In this document: one piece after another, positions 47,795 through 58,681 of the stretch
How positions within the stretch are numbered: position 1 is the first letter of the stretch
Layout: each line of letters begins with the position of its first letter
IMG/VR virus record: IMGVR_UViG_3300042449_001328
Span: 25,690 to 89,689 of that record
Reading direction: 5' to 3' (one strand)
DNA: 64,000 nt
Source: a virus
Position numbers and translations under genes: made by a program
Notes under the pieces: model-generated
Databases searched by the model: none
Seen by the model: only the letters and a program-made list of their open reading frames with translations
Told to the model about the DNA's origin: nothing

Positions 47795-48667
47795 TTATTT
47801 TTGTTTTAGCCTGTTTTTAAATTCGTCTATTAAACTAGAATTGATTTTCTTTGTTACTTGTTCTTTAGTGGAAGCAGTTGCGTCTTTTGCTTCTTGCGAT
47901 CGAGCGTCAACTATATACCTGTTGCTTTCATCTTCCATCTCTTGCTGAACCACTACTTGCAGTTTATCAACCACTTTCTCTGGCATTTCTTCGTAAATGG
48001 TATCTATTGTTTCTCCAGGCTTTGGAGGTTCTGGTATTTTGTCTATTACCGCCAAAGGTGCTTTTTTTACTATCAGTTTCCTTACACCGTCATCTTCGCT
48101 CACTTTTGCTTGTTTCAGCAAATGTAGCAATTCTATCTGTTCTTCCAAACTAAGTGCATCAGTATCAAATGGAGGCCTTCCCCTTGTTTCTGCCTTCTTG
48201 TTCATAAAGGCAGTATGCTCGGTAATATCTATCACTACGTCTTTATTGTGCAACCCTAGCAAGTCTTCTTTTGACTTCAAGGCTTTCATTGCCGTACCGT
48301 ATTTGGCTACCCTTATTGCCCAATCGTTCCCCTTTGTATCCAATGGTCGCATCCAAGAATCCAACATCTCCATTGCTTTCTTATAGATGGTTTCGTACCT
48401 ATCCATATGGAGCTTAAATATGTACTCTTTGTTCCTATGGATGGTTAACTTAGCCTGTTCGTAGGCTTTCTTGACCATATTGGCAAAGGTGACCTCAGTC
48501 AGTTCTGGAATATCTGAAAGGATCTCGGCATATATTTCATTTATCAACCATCCTTCCCTTAAATACTTTTCAATGTCCTCTTGTGCCTTTTGGTAAATAG
48601 GGGTATCGAGCTTGGACTTTGGCCCGGACTTTAACTTTTCTTCTTTCTTTTTAAGTTTATAAGGCAT
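47795..48667 (-). CDS. Terminase small subunit-like protein (paralog of 50514-51041)
   Basis: Adjacent to terL; N-terminal HTH-like region; HMDRYETIY..AMKALKSKEDLLGLH. Confidence 0.5.
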   Translation of the reverse strand: MPYKLKKKEEKLKSGPKSKLDTPIYQKAQEDIEKYLREGWLINEIYAEILSDIPELTEVTFANMVKKAYEQAKLTIHRNKEYIFKLHMDRYETIYKKAMEMLDSWMRPLDTKGNDWAIRVAKYGTAMKALKSKEDLLGLHNKDVVIDITEHTAFMNKKAETRGRPPFDTDALSLEEQIELLHLLKQAKVSEDDGVRKLIVKKAPLAVIDKIPEPPKPGETIDTIYEEMPEKVVDKLQVVVQQEMEDESNRYIVDARSQEAKDATASTKEQVTKKINSSLIDEFKNRLKQK

Positions 48668-48727
48668 TACAATGTAAAATTAATAAAAATCCTACATAGT
48701 GGCTATAAAATCGTCCTTTATTTTTTT

Positions 48728-50260
48728 TTACATTGTACCCATCAGATCCCCTTGTCCATTCACAAGTAGTTGATCTACAGCGTAACAAAGTAAGTCCACA
48801 AACTCATCGTGTGCCGCATTAGGGAAAGAACATACCTGCGTGAGGAACATTTCGTTCCATGTTCCTTCTATGAGAACCACTCTGCCTGATTGGATGTGAG
48901 GGGATATAGCTGATAACCTCCCTAACTTATCCCTACCGTTGACCAGTTCGCTTTCAATCTCACCAATGTTCAAAGCACTGACCTCTCTAAGGGTCTGGAC
49001 TAGGGACTTACCTGAAGCCTTTGGTTCAACCCAGATCATTGAACCTAGTGAGGTGTAGTCGTTTATGCTTACGTAAGATTGAACAAACCTGATGAGCTCA
49101 GGGAACTCCATGTACACTTCTGCCACGTTCATGACGTACACTTTGTTTTCGTATTGATAGCAAGCCAGTACAGCCGATGGGTCGTTTTCTTGTTTTTCTG
49201 TATAAGCTGTATCCAAGAAAAACATAATAGGGCATCTCTGCGGGTCTCTTATAGCAAGTGCTGCTGGCATTATTTCAAACCAGTGACGCTTTACTATGTT
49301 CCCTTCTTTTGGTGCAGGACGTTGGCCTACTTGACCAGCGTATTGAATATCTCCTAATGTTTTTCTAAATGCCGCCAAAGCCTGTCTACTGAACCTAGTA
49401 GGCCAAAACAAACCATCTTTGTAATATTGCTCTAACTCAGGAGGGCTCAATACTTCTTTGTCAAGTTCTCCTGGAATGCAAATATGCAAATGGTCTTCTG
49501 GCCTTCCTTTCTTTTTGTTCAACAGCATTCCAGAAGTATCCTCTTCATGAAGCCTTTGCATAACTATTATCCTTATGCCTACTTCAGGATCATTCAAACG
49601 AGAGTATAAAGTGTGGTTATAGAAATTCTTTGCATTTTCTCTTTCTACCTCCGATGAGGCCATTTGTGGATCCATTGGATCGTCCAATATGATTATGTCA
49701 GCACCAGATCCAGTGATTTGCCCACCTGTTCCAACGGCCTTTCTCATTCCAGTTTGCGTGGTCTCATAATGCCCTTTAGCTTGCTGGCCAGGCTTCAATT
49801 GAACTTTGCCTGTTGAATATCCTACGCCTCCAGAATACAATCTTTGAAACCATTGGGTTTGAATCAAATCCATTGACCTACTGCTATGCTCAATAGCCAG
49901 TGAGCCTGAGTAACTTACCGATATGAATTTTAAACTAGGGTCTACCGTCCAAGCCCACACAGGGAATATCACGGTGCATATCATTGACTTACTAGACCTG
50001 AACGGTACGTTGATAATTATATCTTTCTTTCTTGGCTCTTTCTTGATTATCCTTTCTACCTCTGCTTGCAATAGATCGCAAATGTACTTTGCGTGCCAAT
50101 TGTCATCATACTCAGTACCTGGATGCAATTGACAAAATGCTACCTTGTAGAATTCGTAATAGCTTTTCCTATATACTTTCTTCTCAAGTTCTTTTTCCAG
50201 CTTTTCGATTATATGTGGGCTATCTACTAGAAGGTGTTGCATAGCATAAAATCCAAACAA
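48728..50260 (-). CDS. terL: Terminase large subunit
   Basis: NVPFRSSKS (Walker A), ITGSGADIIILDDP (Walker B), IVMQRLHEED, LDTAY, VEPKASG, FPNAAHDEFVD. Confidence 0.95.
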   Translation of the reverse strand: MFGFYAMQHLLVDSPHIIEKLEKELEKKVYRKSYYEFYKVAFCQLHPGTEYDDNWHAKYICDLLQAEVERIIKKEPRKKDIIINVPFRSSKSMICTVIFPVWAWTVDPSLKFISVSYSGSLAIEHSSRSMDLIQTQWFQRLYSGGVGYSTGKVQLKPGQQAKGHYETTQTGMRKAVGTGGQITGSGADIIILDDPMDPQMASSEVERENAKNFYNHTLYSRLNDPEVGIRIIVMQRLHEEDTSGMLLNKKKGRPEDHLHICIPGELDKEVLSPPELEQYYKDGLFWPTRFSRQALAAFRKTLGDIQYAGQVGQRPAPKEGNIVKRHWFEIMPAALAIRDPQRCPIMFFLDTAYTEKQENDPSAVLACYQYENKVYVMNVAEVYMEFPELIRFVQSYVSINDYTSLGSMIWVEPKASGKSLVQTLREVSALNIGEIESELVNGRDKLGRLSAISPHIQSGRVVLIEGTWNEMFLTQVCSFPNAAHDEFVDLLCYAVDQLLVNGQGDLMGTM

Positions 50261-50517
50261 TCTCTGTACTCAACATCTTGTTTTAGCTCTACATCATATT
50301 CAAGCTCATAACAATAATCAACACTAAAATAGGGCGAACTTAAACCCTCAGCTTGTTTTGTGATTTTCCCATTTGTGATAACCACACTCTCTTTATCTTC
50401 ACAAGATTTTAAATGTTCTTTGAATTTATTTTCAATAGTGTCGCGAACAGGTGTTCTTTTCAGTAAATCCATTTGCGATAACTGTATCACTACTCTTTGT
50501 CCAGCCCTTGCTTTCAT
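50227..50517 (-). CDS. Hypothetical protein
   Basis: 96 aa, tiled between TerS-like gene and terL. Confidence 0.5.
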   Translation of the reverse strand: MKARAGQRVVIQLSQMDLLKRTPVRDTIENKFKEHLKSCEDKESVVITNGKITKQAEGLSSPYFSVDYCYELEYDVELKQDVEYRDCLDFMLCNTF

Positions 50518-51041
50518 AAATCTATCTTCTTTAACAATTGCTCTAATCTTTCTCTTTGCCCTTCATCTAACCTGTTTTGATCGTAGAAAGTCCTTTGGCC
50601 TAAGTATTCCACTACCCCTACCTGACCTCCAACTACTCTCATGTGCGTATCGTTCTTGTGCAGTTGTATCAATTTTTCTTTTGCCTTTAAAGCGTTCATT
50701 GCCATACTGTGCGCCCTTAATTTCATTAGATCGCTGTATATCAGTTCATATCTTTCTACATGGGAGTTTATTACGTCATCTAACTCATAAGCCTTTCTAT
50801 CCCTTATTTCTTTGTTGGCTTGGACTAGGAATACCCTGTTTGAAGGCAATGTCCCTCCATATTTCTTTATGCAGTAATCCATGATTTCAGATGTTGGCTT
50901 GCCTTCCAAAATCATTGAGATCATGTCATTGGTTCTTTGGGCTACCATTAAACCCGTAATCCTAGACTGATCTATTCCGTTTTTTATTTTAGGTATATAC
51001 CTACCTTTTGCTGCCATCTTTTGTTTTGAATTTTTATCCAA
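50514..51041 (-). CDS. Terminase small subunit-like protein
   Basis: Upstream of terL; HTH-like MILEGKPTSEIMDYC; HVERYELIY..AMNALKAKEKLIQLH. Confidence 0.55.
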   Translation of the reverse strand: MDKNSKQKMAAKGRYIPKIKNGIDQSRITGLMVAQRTNDMISMILEGKPTSEIMDYCIKKYGGTLPSNRVFLVQANKEIRDRKAYELDDVINSHVERYELIYSDLMKLRAHSMAMNALKAKEKLIQLHKNDTHMRVVGGQVGVVEYLGQRTFYDQNRLDEGQRERLEQLLKKIDL

Positions 51042-51576
51042 ATAAAGAAATCGTTTTTAAGTTTGCCTATAAAGTATCTCCATTTAGGAAGTATCTTTAC
51101 TTTGCAATTAGACGTTACAATCACTATATAGTCCTCTTTTAATCTAGGATGTAAGTTTTTTACAATCTCTTCTTCTTTTGCCTTAGTTGTATATGGAGGC
51201 AATTCAATGTGCAGTATATATTTCATATTTCAACCGTAAAAGTAGTTGGTATGTTGATGTTGATCTTTGCTTTGCTCACATCTACTGTCATCGATGCGTT
51301 TGACTTGTTTATGTTCTTGACGTTTGCGCTCATAAAACCTGTACTGGCTTTCCTGAGTGTATAGCCTGAATTCCAAGGGAACAAGCCATTGTCTTTATTG
51401 ACAGTGCTTATGGTAACTATTGGGTATGTTGGCTTCAAACCTACATCAGTTTTTATCAGGTAGTTCTCCCATTCATCGTTAGGGAATATAGTGTCAAGTA
51501 CTTCTCTTAGCTTGTCTCCTCTAAGCTCTTGGCCTAACGTGATTATTTTTGTTGATGTATCTATCAGAACTATCAT
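50984..51576 (-). other. Two hypothetical genes (50984-51226, 51223-51576)
   Basis: Tiled minus-strand ORFs. Confidence 0.55.
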
Positions 51577-51601
51577 TATTGGTTTATTTTTTTATTTTGG
51601 T

Positions 51602-52777
51602 TTATTCACAAAATATCGGCATCCTAGTTGTGAAACCTTTCTTTGCATCCAACAAGTGGAATACCTGCATAGGTGGTTCAAATGCGGCACCTATTGACTG
51701 GGCATAACTATTCCATCCACAAAGTGAACCGTTTAAACTACAGGTACTTGTAGGCAACCAAACTCGATGGTAATGATGGCACAGATTCCAATCAGCTTTT
51801 ACAGTCCTATCCCACTTCTGGATCAACTTGTTCATCGGTACGGTCAAATCCCCTATGCCGCCTTGATAGCTAACTTGATGGCCATGAAAAGCTCTTATCT
51901 TTTTGCCCAGTACATCAAAGTATGCAAGTTCTGACTCTGGTATGTAAAATTCAAAAGGTTCACTTAATTCTTGCTTTAAGCTGTGATAAATGATTGCCTC
52001 CAGATTCATTCGGTAGTCAATGGAAGAACTCATCTTTTTGGTCTGCCTTCCATGGTTGCCTCTCACGCAAACGACCAATATTTTTTTGACGTTTGCATTA
52101 TTTGCAAGTGTCAATAAACTTTTCTTTAATATTTCTTTGGCAAACATTGACGCTTGGATAGGTGACATAAAGTTCATTTGAACATCATGCTCATGCAGGT
52201 AGTTGTTTATAAAGTCACCGCCTAAACAAACCACTAGTTCGTTTATTGTAACATCTTGCCTTTCTTTCTTTATAAGTTTAAGGGTATTGACTACTAATTT
52301 CTCCGCTCTTGCTTTGGCTATGTCTGGATTATATTCGTTCATGCCTCCAGTTGTGCTTTTCTCTATCCTTTCTTCCACGTGCCAATCTGAATACTGGATA
52401 ATAGGTACCGCTTGGTCTTTTGTCCCTTTTACAACTGGTATCTTAGGGGCTTTTACTTCAGTGAATTCTGTGATTTGTAAGGCCTCGTCCAGCTTATCGC
52501 TTATTTGGTTGTACCTATACAGCAATTCTTGGTTTCTTCTTTGCAGGTCTACAATGATTGCCTGTCTTTTTCTCTCTACCAAGTCTTGATCTATTGTCTT
52601 TGGTGCGACACCGTGGTGTATGTTTGGTAGACTAAGTTCGCCTTTGCTCAATTCATGCCTACATTCCCTTACATAAGCATTATTGGTCTTAAACTTTTCA
52701 GCTATCTCTCTGGTGGGTGCTTTAGGATGCGATAGAATGTATTGCTTTATTTGGTAGGTCTTGCTTGTGATAGCCAT
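51602..52777 (-). CDS. Calcineurin-like metallophosphoesterase with N-terminal HTH and coiled coil
   Basis: SDWH, GGDFI, RGNHGR, FHGH, HHYH; TREIAEKF. Confidence 0.85.
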   Translation of the reverse strand: MAITSKTYQIKQYILSHPKAPTREIAEKFKTNNAYVRECRHELSKGELSLPNIHHGVAPKTIDQDLVERKRQAIIVDLQRRNQELLYRYNQISDKLDEALQITEFTEVKAPKIPVVKGTKDQAVPIIQYSDWHVEERIEKSTTGGMNEYNPDIAKARAEKLVVNTLKLIKKERQDVTINELVVCLGGDFINNYLHEHDVQMNFMSPIQASMFAKEILKKSLLTLANNANVKKILVVCVRGNHGRQTKKMSSSIDYRMNLEAIIYHSLKQELSEPFEFYIPESELAYFDVLGKKIRAFHGHQVSYQGGIGDLTVPMNKLIQKWDRTVKADWNLCHHYHRVWLPTSTCSLNGSLCGWNSYAQSIGAAFEPPMQVFHLLDAKKGFTTRMPIFCE

Positions 52778-52783
52778 TCTTTT

Positions 52784-53197
52784 TTAGTTTGGTTGATTAA
52801 GGATGCTGTTTATAGGCTGGCAAAAGTTTGCCTTTGACAGTACAAACAATTGGTCGTTGTGCATGAACATGGCTTGTTCAGAGAATATTTTGACTATGGG
52901 TACTTCAGTGTCTTTAATGTAAACGTTATCTTTTTCTATTTTTTCAATAGGTAGATTTAGGCTCATTTCTTGGGTTTGAAAGACAAGTGTTGAGTCGGTC
53001 AACGTTAAAGTGACTTGTTTAAGGTCACAACCTATCAACCTAAAGTGTCCATCAACCATTACAGACTTAGATACAGAATTATATTTATAGGTTTGTGTTT
53101 TGCTTTTAGTGTAATGCCTGGATATGTTCTCCAACAATAGAAGCAATGCTGAGATTATGATGAGACCTGATATGAAAAACTTGGTGATCGGTTTCAT
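52784..53197 (-). CDS. Exported/membrane-anchored hypothetical protein
   Basis: N-terminal hydrophobic helix. Confidence 0.55.
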   Translation of the reverse strand: MKPITKFFISGLIIISALLLLLENISRHYTKSKTQTYKYNSVSKSVMVDGHFRLIGCDLKQVTLTLTDSTLVFQTQEMSLNLPIEKIEKDNVYIKDTEVPIVKIFSEQAMFMHNDQLFVLSKANFCQPINSILNQPN

Positions 53198-53251
53198 GAT
53201 GTAAATTTAAGTAAAATTACTCAAAGTGTTGATTTTATTTTTTTCAATGTA

Positions 53252-53560
53252 TTACAGAACTGGAGCAAAGTCTCTTTCAAACTTGTAAACTACCCATTCA
53301 CGTTCCTTTCTGCTTAATTTGGATTTCTTCTGTTGAATCAATCCGTATTCTTCAACAATGTTGATACCTGAATGGTTTTCTTTTTTGGATTGACTCACTC
53401 CCATATAAGGAAAATATGTCGTTTCTGCCATAAGCATAATGCTCATCATCATTGGGGACATTGGCCTTATTGGTTTTTGTGGTTTCTTTTTGTATCTTAT
53501 ACCATTGATTTCAATTATTTCACAAGTATCCATATTAAAAATTTCTTTAAAATTAAACAA
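53252..53560 (-). CDS. Hypothetical protein
   Basis: 102 aa; IVEEYGLIQQKKSKLSRKERE. Confidence 0.55.
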   Translation of the reverse strand: MFNFKEIFNMDTCEIIEINGIRYKKKPQKPIRPMSPMMMSIMLMAETTYFPYMGVSQSKKENHSGINIVEEYGLIQQKKSKLSRKEREWVVYKFERDFAPVL

Positions 53561-53566
53561 TTATTT

Positions 53567-55042
53567 TTACAAATGCACTAGTACCAATCTTTTCTTTGCC
53601 CTAGTGTAAGCAACAAACCTCAAGTTCTCTTCTTGCGTCAATTGATCTTTGGTAACAGCGTACTTACTGGGTATGAGTGCTTTGTTCTCATATTCATCTA
53701 TCAAAAATACGTTATCCGATTCCATCCCTTTTGCCTTATGTATGGTCATCAATTTGATGGGAGCTTGATCAATGTCATCGCTAAATATGCTTTCTAATTT
53801 AGCTATCACTTCACCCACATTGTTGCAACTGCTTGATAATAAGTTGATTACATTTATCTTCTCTTCAAGTAAAAGTACTTTGGGATTCAAAGTGAAATTA
53901 GTTACATTTTTTTGCTTTAATTGTTGCTTTAATAGCTCCATTTGCCTATCCAACTCTTCTTTTATCTCGTTAACTCCTTGAGAATCATCTAGTTGTGAGA
54001 TCAAATTCACTAATCCTTTCTCCAGGTCTTTGCCCACTATCACTGACCTTTTGCCCACCTCTATCAATTGTAGGAAAGCATCTGCCAATGGCCTTAGGTT
54101 TCTGCAAAGCACCATATCCCCGTCCCTTACTTCATCTAAGTTATCTGTCTCTATCACTTCTCCTTGTATTGCTTTGTCCCAAGGTTCTATGTCCTTATAT
54201 ACTTCCCTTGCCTTGTTCACTATTTCTTTTCCGCACCTGTAACTTACGGTCAATGGCAGTTCTACAGTGTTTGGCCTGTTCTTGAAGTAATCAAAACTGT
54301 TTATATCTGAACCTCTAAATTGATAAATTGCTTGTTTATCGTCCCCAAATGCTATCAACCTTCCTTTTATTGGTTTTATTATTCTTTCTATCAGTTTTTG
54401 ATCCAATGCGCTACAGTCTTGTGCTTCGTCCACAAATACATAATCGTATTGCGGTACCCTTATGTCTTTTCTCAATGCTGGCAATGAGATCATGTCCTGA
54501 AAGTCTATCTCTATCCCATTCCTTTCTGTGTCTTGGTTGTAATTATATAGGTTTCTGGTAGCTGTTATGGTGGATAGTATTATCTCGTCCTCTTGGTATA
54601 AGTTATGTTTTTCTCCTAATTCCTTTACTTTTTCTATTGTTAGTTCAGTTAAGGTAGCTCTGACCAGTGACATTAGTTTATCTACCTCGTATATCTTTTT
54701 CCACTTCTTCTTGTGATCTTTTTCTCTTTCAAACAATGGTTTAATATAGTTTAATTGTTTGTCCACATTTACCCTTACTTCATTGTAGCAAGCGTGTATT
54801 GACCTGGCTCCTATTGAGTGTATGGTGAAGCAATCTATCCTTTCATCCAATCTTTCTTTTAATTCTTTTACCGTGTGTTTGTTGAATGCTATAAATACAG
54901 CTCTCCTATCAAAAGGGACAAGAGTGGTTGCCTTTATGCCTGTAGTAGTCTTGCCTGAACCTGCGGTGCTTTTTACAACTAGGTTGGACTTGGTGAACTG
55001 TACGGCTTGGTATATGGCTTGTTGATAAGGGCTATCTTGCAT
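53567..55042 (-). CDS. UvrD/Rep-like SF1 helicase
   Basis: AGSGKTT, VDEAQD, FGDDKQAIYQFRG, SYRC, TIHKAKGME, FVAYTRAK. Confidence 0.93.
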   Translation of the reverse strand: MQDSPYQQAIYQAVQFTKSNLVVKSTAGSGKTTTGIKATTLVPFDRRAVFIAFNKHTVKELKERLDERIDCFTIHSIGARSIHACYNEVRVNVDKQLNYIKPLFEREKDHKKKWKKIYEVDKLMSLVRATLTELTIEKVKELGEKHNLYQEDEIILSTITATRNLYNYNQDTERNGIEIDFQDMISLPALRKDIRVPQYDYVFVDEAQDCSALDQKLIERIIKPIKGRLIAFGDDKQAIYQFRGSDINSFDYFKNRPNTVELPLTVSYRCGKEIVNKAREVYKDIEPWDKAIQGEVIETDNLDEVRDGDMVLCRNLRPLADAFLQLIEVGKRSVIVGKDLEKGLVNLISQLDDSQGVNEIKEELDRQMELLKQQLKQKNVTNFTLNPKVLLLEEKINVINLLSSSCNNVGEVIAKLESIFSDDIDQAPIKLMTIHKAKGMESDNVFLIDEYENKALIPSKYAVTKDQLTQEENLRFVAYTRAKKRLVLVHL

Positions 55043-55055
55043 TCTTTTTTTTGAT

Positions 55056-55616
55056 TTAATCTAATCCTAGGTTTTTGATTATATACAAGCTGTCCCGTTT
55101 GACTATTGGTTCTATCAACTTCTTTACTTTTTGCTTTTGTTCTTTTGTCATTTTTGGTTCTATTGGATTGAAAATTTGCCCATTAGAAATCATTATTTGA
55201 ATGTTTCTATCTGAACTCCTAACAGATTGATCTAAATAATTTTTACCATTAAACCATCTGGCACTAAAATCGTCTGGACTGTCTTCTAGCTTCTTTATGA
55301 TTTTATTTATCACTAATTGCTCATGTTCTTTATATTGGTCTTTTTCTTTTGGCTGGCTAAAGTAGTTTATTGCTTTGTAAAGAGCAGATAGCATGTTGAA
55401 ATATTATTTTTCATCTTTGTTTTCTTTTATTGCTTGCTTATAGTTTGTCCAATAAGTACAGTCTGCCTTTATTGTCCATTTATCTTTCCTACCCCCTGAC
55501 TCAAATTCTCTTCTCATTTTACCTGACTTTATTTGGTTCAATACTTCTTGAAAGTCTTTTTGCTCAAAGGTTTCCCTATCTGTCTTTAACTTTATTGTGA
55601 TAACTGTTTCTATCAT
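55056..55616 (-). other. Two hypothetical genes (55056-55394, 55404-55616)
   Basis: Tiled minus-strand ORFs. Confidence 0.55.
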
Positions 55617-55639
55617 AAATTTTTAAGGTTTTTTAAAAT

Positions 55640-55812
55640 TATGTGTCTTTCCACATTGTCAGTCTTTAGATTGGATTCGGTTTATGAAAATTACAGGGGC
55701 TTCCGTTTATCAACCGTCTATTGGTCTTGCACAATTTTAAAAGGGTCCAATTAGAGTTATGATCCAATCCCTCAATGCCTATGACAACAGGAACTTTTTA
55801 TAGCCCCTAACC
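55640..55812 (-). ncRNA. Candidate structured intergenic RNA
   Basis: Crossing helices AGGGGCT/AGCCCCT and GATTGGAT/ATCCAATC, terminal ATGTG-GAAAGA-CACAT hairpin. Confidence 0.4.
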
Positions 55813-55828
55813 TTTTCTGCTTTTTAAC

Positions 55829-56431
55829 TCAAAGTTCTTTTATCAATATTTTAATGTCGTTTGGTGCTTTCTGGTCTCCTCCAAAGTAAGTGAACAGTCT
55901 GTAGTATATTGGCAACAAAGGTTTGTCAGACAATGGTATGGATGCTTTTCTGTAATTATTTTTGTCCCATGTCAGTTCAGCTCTATCTTTGAAAGATAAC
56001 GTAAAGGTAACTTGTTCCCCTAACCTTACTCCTCCCATGTATTCAGTAAATATTCTGCCTTTATCACGAACATATAGGAACAATTGGATATGTTGATCAA
56101 ACTCGCTCCATCTCCACCCTACCCTTACTGAGTTATGTTTAGGGCCTTTTAAACTTGTACCTATGCCGTACAGTTTGTTTATGTCAAACTTATTGTCCCC
56201 AACTATACTGTAATCGCTTCCCCTGCCAAATATCACGCTAAAGGTGAGGGTGTTTTTTGTATAAGGCAACAATCTGGCTAAGAAATTGGTTTGTGTGTAA
56301 TGATCTCCCCTTTTTATGATGTAAGGAGTCCAATTTTTTAGACTAGGTATGGTTTGATCTAAGAGTATGGCCAAAACCAAGGCTATTATGATAATAGTTG
56401 GCACTAAGATTAGTCCTGTGAGTGGGTTCAT
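55829..56431 (-). CDS. Membrane-anchored beta-sandwich-like protein
   Basis: N-terminal TM; DINKLYG..HNSVRVGWRW..YFGGDQKAP. Confidence 0.55.
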   Translation of the reverse strand: MNPLTGLILVPTIIIIALVLAILLDQTIPSLKNWTPYIIKRGDHYTQTNFLARLLPYTKNTLTFSVIFGRGSDYSIVGDNKFDINKLYGIGTSLKGPKHNSVRVGWRWSEFDQHIQLFLYVRDKGRIFTEYMGGVRLGEQVTFTLSFKDRAELTWDKNNYRKASIPLSDKPLLPIYYRLFTYFGGDQKAPNDIKILIKEL

Positions 56432-56466
56432 GTTTTTAATTTATTTAGTTAAAGGTAGGAGAATAT

Positions 56467-58530
56467 TTATTTTAGTTGCTTGCACTCAATTGCAAAATAA
56501 ATAAATTCTAAGTCTTCTATTGATTTTAATTCCCTAAAAGTTACAAATTTTGCATTACTTATATCTTTACAAGCTAAATAAAAGATAAGTTTTTTATTTG
56601 AACCTTCCATAATTTGTATACCAATATTACCTTTCCACATAAAATCATCTCTTCCAACAAAACCAAGTTCTACTAATTTTCTAACAGTTATTCCTGTTTT
56701 CATACTATTTTTGGTTAAAGGTTTTGTTCAATCCATTTATCAGCATTAAAAAAATTAGTATCTGCTCCACCATAAACAGCATATTCAGCAAATAAGTTTA
56801 GCAACTCTTTTACCTCTTCCTTACTCCAACTTTCTTTTATTGGTTTAACGGTAATAGTGTTGTCTTTGTTAAGAAGTAATCTTTCACTTATTACATCAGA
56901 ACTTAATGAAGGATGGTAATATATATATTCAACCAACACTTCTTTGATTTGTTTCCCTGCATTGTATTCTTTTGCGTACAATTCAAGAAATGAGTCTGGT
57001 GGTTGAGGTAATGGGAAGAAAGAAGTTTGTTCTCCTCTTCCATACTGTTTAACAGTTAATGAAATATCTGTTGTAGCTACAATTTTCTTTTCATAAGAAA
57101 CTAAGTTCTGTTTGAATTGATAGATTTCCTTTGAAATCTCATTGTAAACCCAATCACCTTCTTTTATTTCTTCATTTGAAAGAACGTACAGGTGAAATGA
57201 TTTTGCATTAAGAGCGTTGTTTAAATAATCTTGTGTCAAGTACCCTCTGTAGTAATTAAGTTTTATATTGTTTTGTAAATAGAAACAATTCTCTGCTCTA
57301 TTAGTTGGTAACATTACTACTTGTAGTTTCTTGTATGTCATAATAAATTGTTTAATATGTAATCAAATGATGCTGAATAGGCTTTTTGTGGTGAAGAGTA
57401 TATATGGTTGGTTGTATGTTCATGGTTGTTCAGGATTATAATCACCTCTTTGTATTACTTTCTTTAATCTATCTATTTGAAATTGCGCATCTTTAATTTC
57501 AATGGCTAATTCATCAATTGTAAGATGTCTATTTAATAATCCAGTACAATAAGCTATTTCTAATTCTCTTTCACTATACATCCTTTCAGCTTGCCATTTA
57601 GCACCTTTAATGAAGCTATCTCTTTTCATTGAGTTTCCTATGTCCATACCTAAAACATAAGGAGTTGGAGTTGGATATAATCTTTCAGCAGCTTCTTCTA
57701 ATTCGCTTTTCATTTTAAAAATATTTTTAAAGTTTTCCCTTTATCTTGATATTGTAATTCAACATTTTTAGCATTATAATTAGTATATGCTCTACCATTA
57801 TAAGGTTCTGAATGTTGTATTACTTCAATTCTAGTTATATTTGATGTATTATTTTGCTCAAGTTGCTGCTGCTTTTCTATTTCTTTGGCTTGTTCAATTA
57901 TTCTTGGTGGTAATTGAGATTCAAGTATTGGCCATTGTTCAATCAACCAATCAATTGCTGTCTGTTGTTTCATTTTGATTGATTTTTAAGTTTAACTTTT
58001 AATTGCTCCAACTCTAACAATTTAGATTGTAAGGTTTTAATAGCATCGTAAGAGCCTTTCACAAACAATTGACCTGCTCCATCTCCCAATTCAACAATAT
58101 CAGTATAATCTCTTTGTTGTGTAACAAGTTTGGCGAATACATCTCTTGAACCATGTCCTTTGCCAGTTATTGTTACTATTTTAACATCAACTTCTTTACC
58201 ACTATCAACTAAACCTAGATCAATTGCTTGTTGCCAGTCTTGATTTTTTAATGGGATTTGTTTAGTAATCGGTGGAGGCTTTTTACCAAATCCTATAAAT
58301 AAGTGAGGTTGCTCTTCTTCATACTCAACAACAATAGTTTTGAGTTCTGATATTTTAGCTGACTGTGATCTTATTGGATTTAATTTTTGATATATAGGAC
58401 AACATTCAACCCAATCACTCTTTACTTCTAAGATATACCACACTTTAACTTTAGATGGGCATCCTGACCAATAAACCTGCATACCTTCATTCACTTTTGT
58501 GATTGGTATGGATTTTATTGTTGATTTCAT
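56467..58530 (-). other. Five hypothetical accessory genes (56467-56703, 56715-57341, 57420-57713, 57710-57973, 57970-58530)
   Basis: AT-rich tiled ORFs with short modules common in Bacteroidota phages (LEEAAE..FIKGAKWQAERMYSE; KQQTAIDWL..AKEIEKQQ; EIKEGDW..KKIVATTD). Confidence 0.6.
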
Positions 58531-58564
58531 GTTTTAATTTGTTTAAGTTAAACTTTAATTTTTG

Positions 58565-58676
58565 TAGTCAGGACAGGATTCGAACCTGTATTCATACATT
58601 GCTCTTGCGTCTGGATGCCTCCTGACAAGAGAGAATCAGAGTGCCTTCTGTGCGTCTACCGTTGCGCCACCTGACT
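58565..58676 (-). ncRNA. tRNA-like RNA with non-canonical anticodon region (112 nt)
   Basis: Acceptor AGTCAGG/CCTGACT-A, D arm GCG-CAACGGTAGA-CGC, T arm ACAGG-TTCGAAT-CCTGT; central about 60 nt forms two hairpins without a 7-nt anticodon loop. Confidence 0.7.
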
Positions 58677-58681
58677 ATGTC

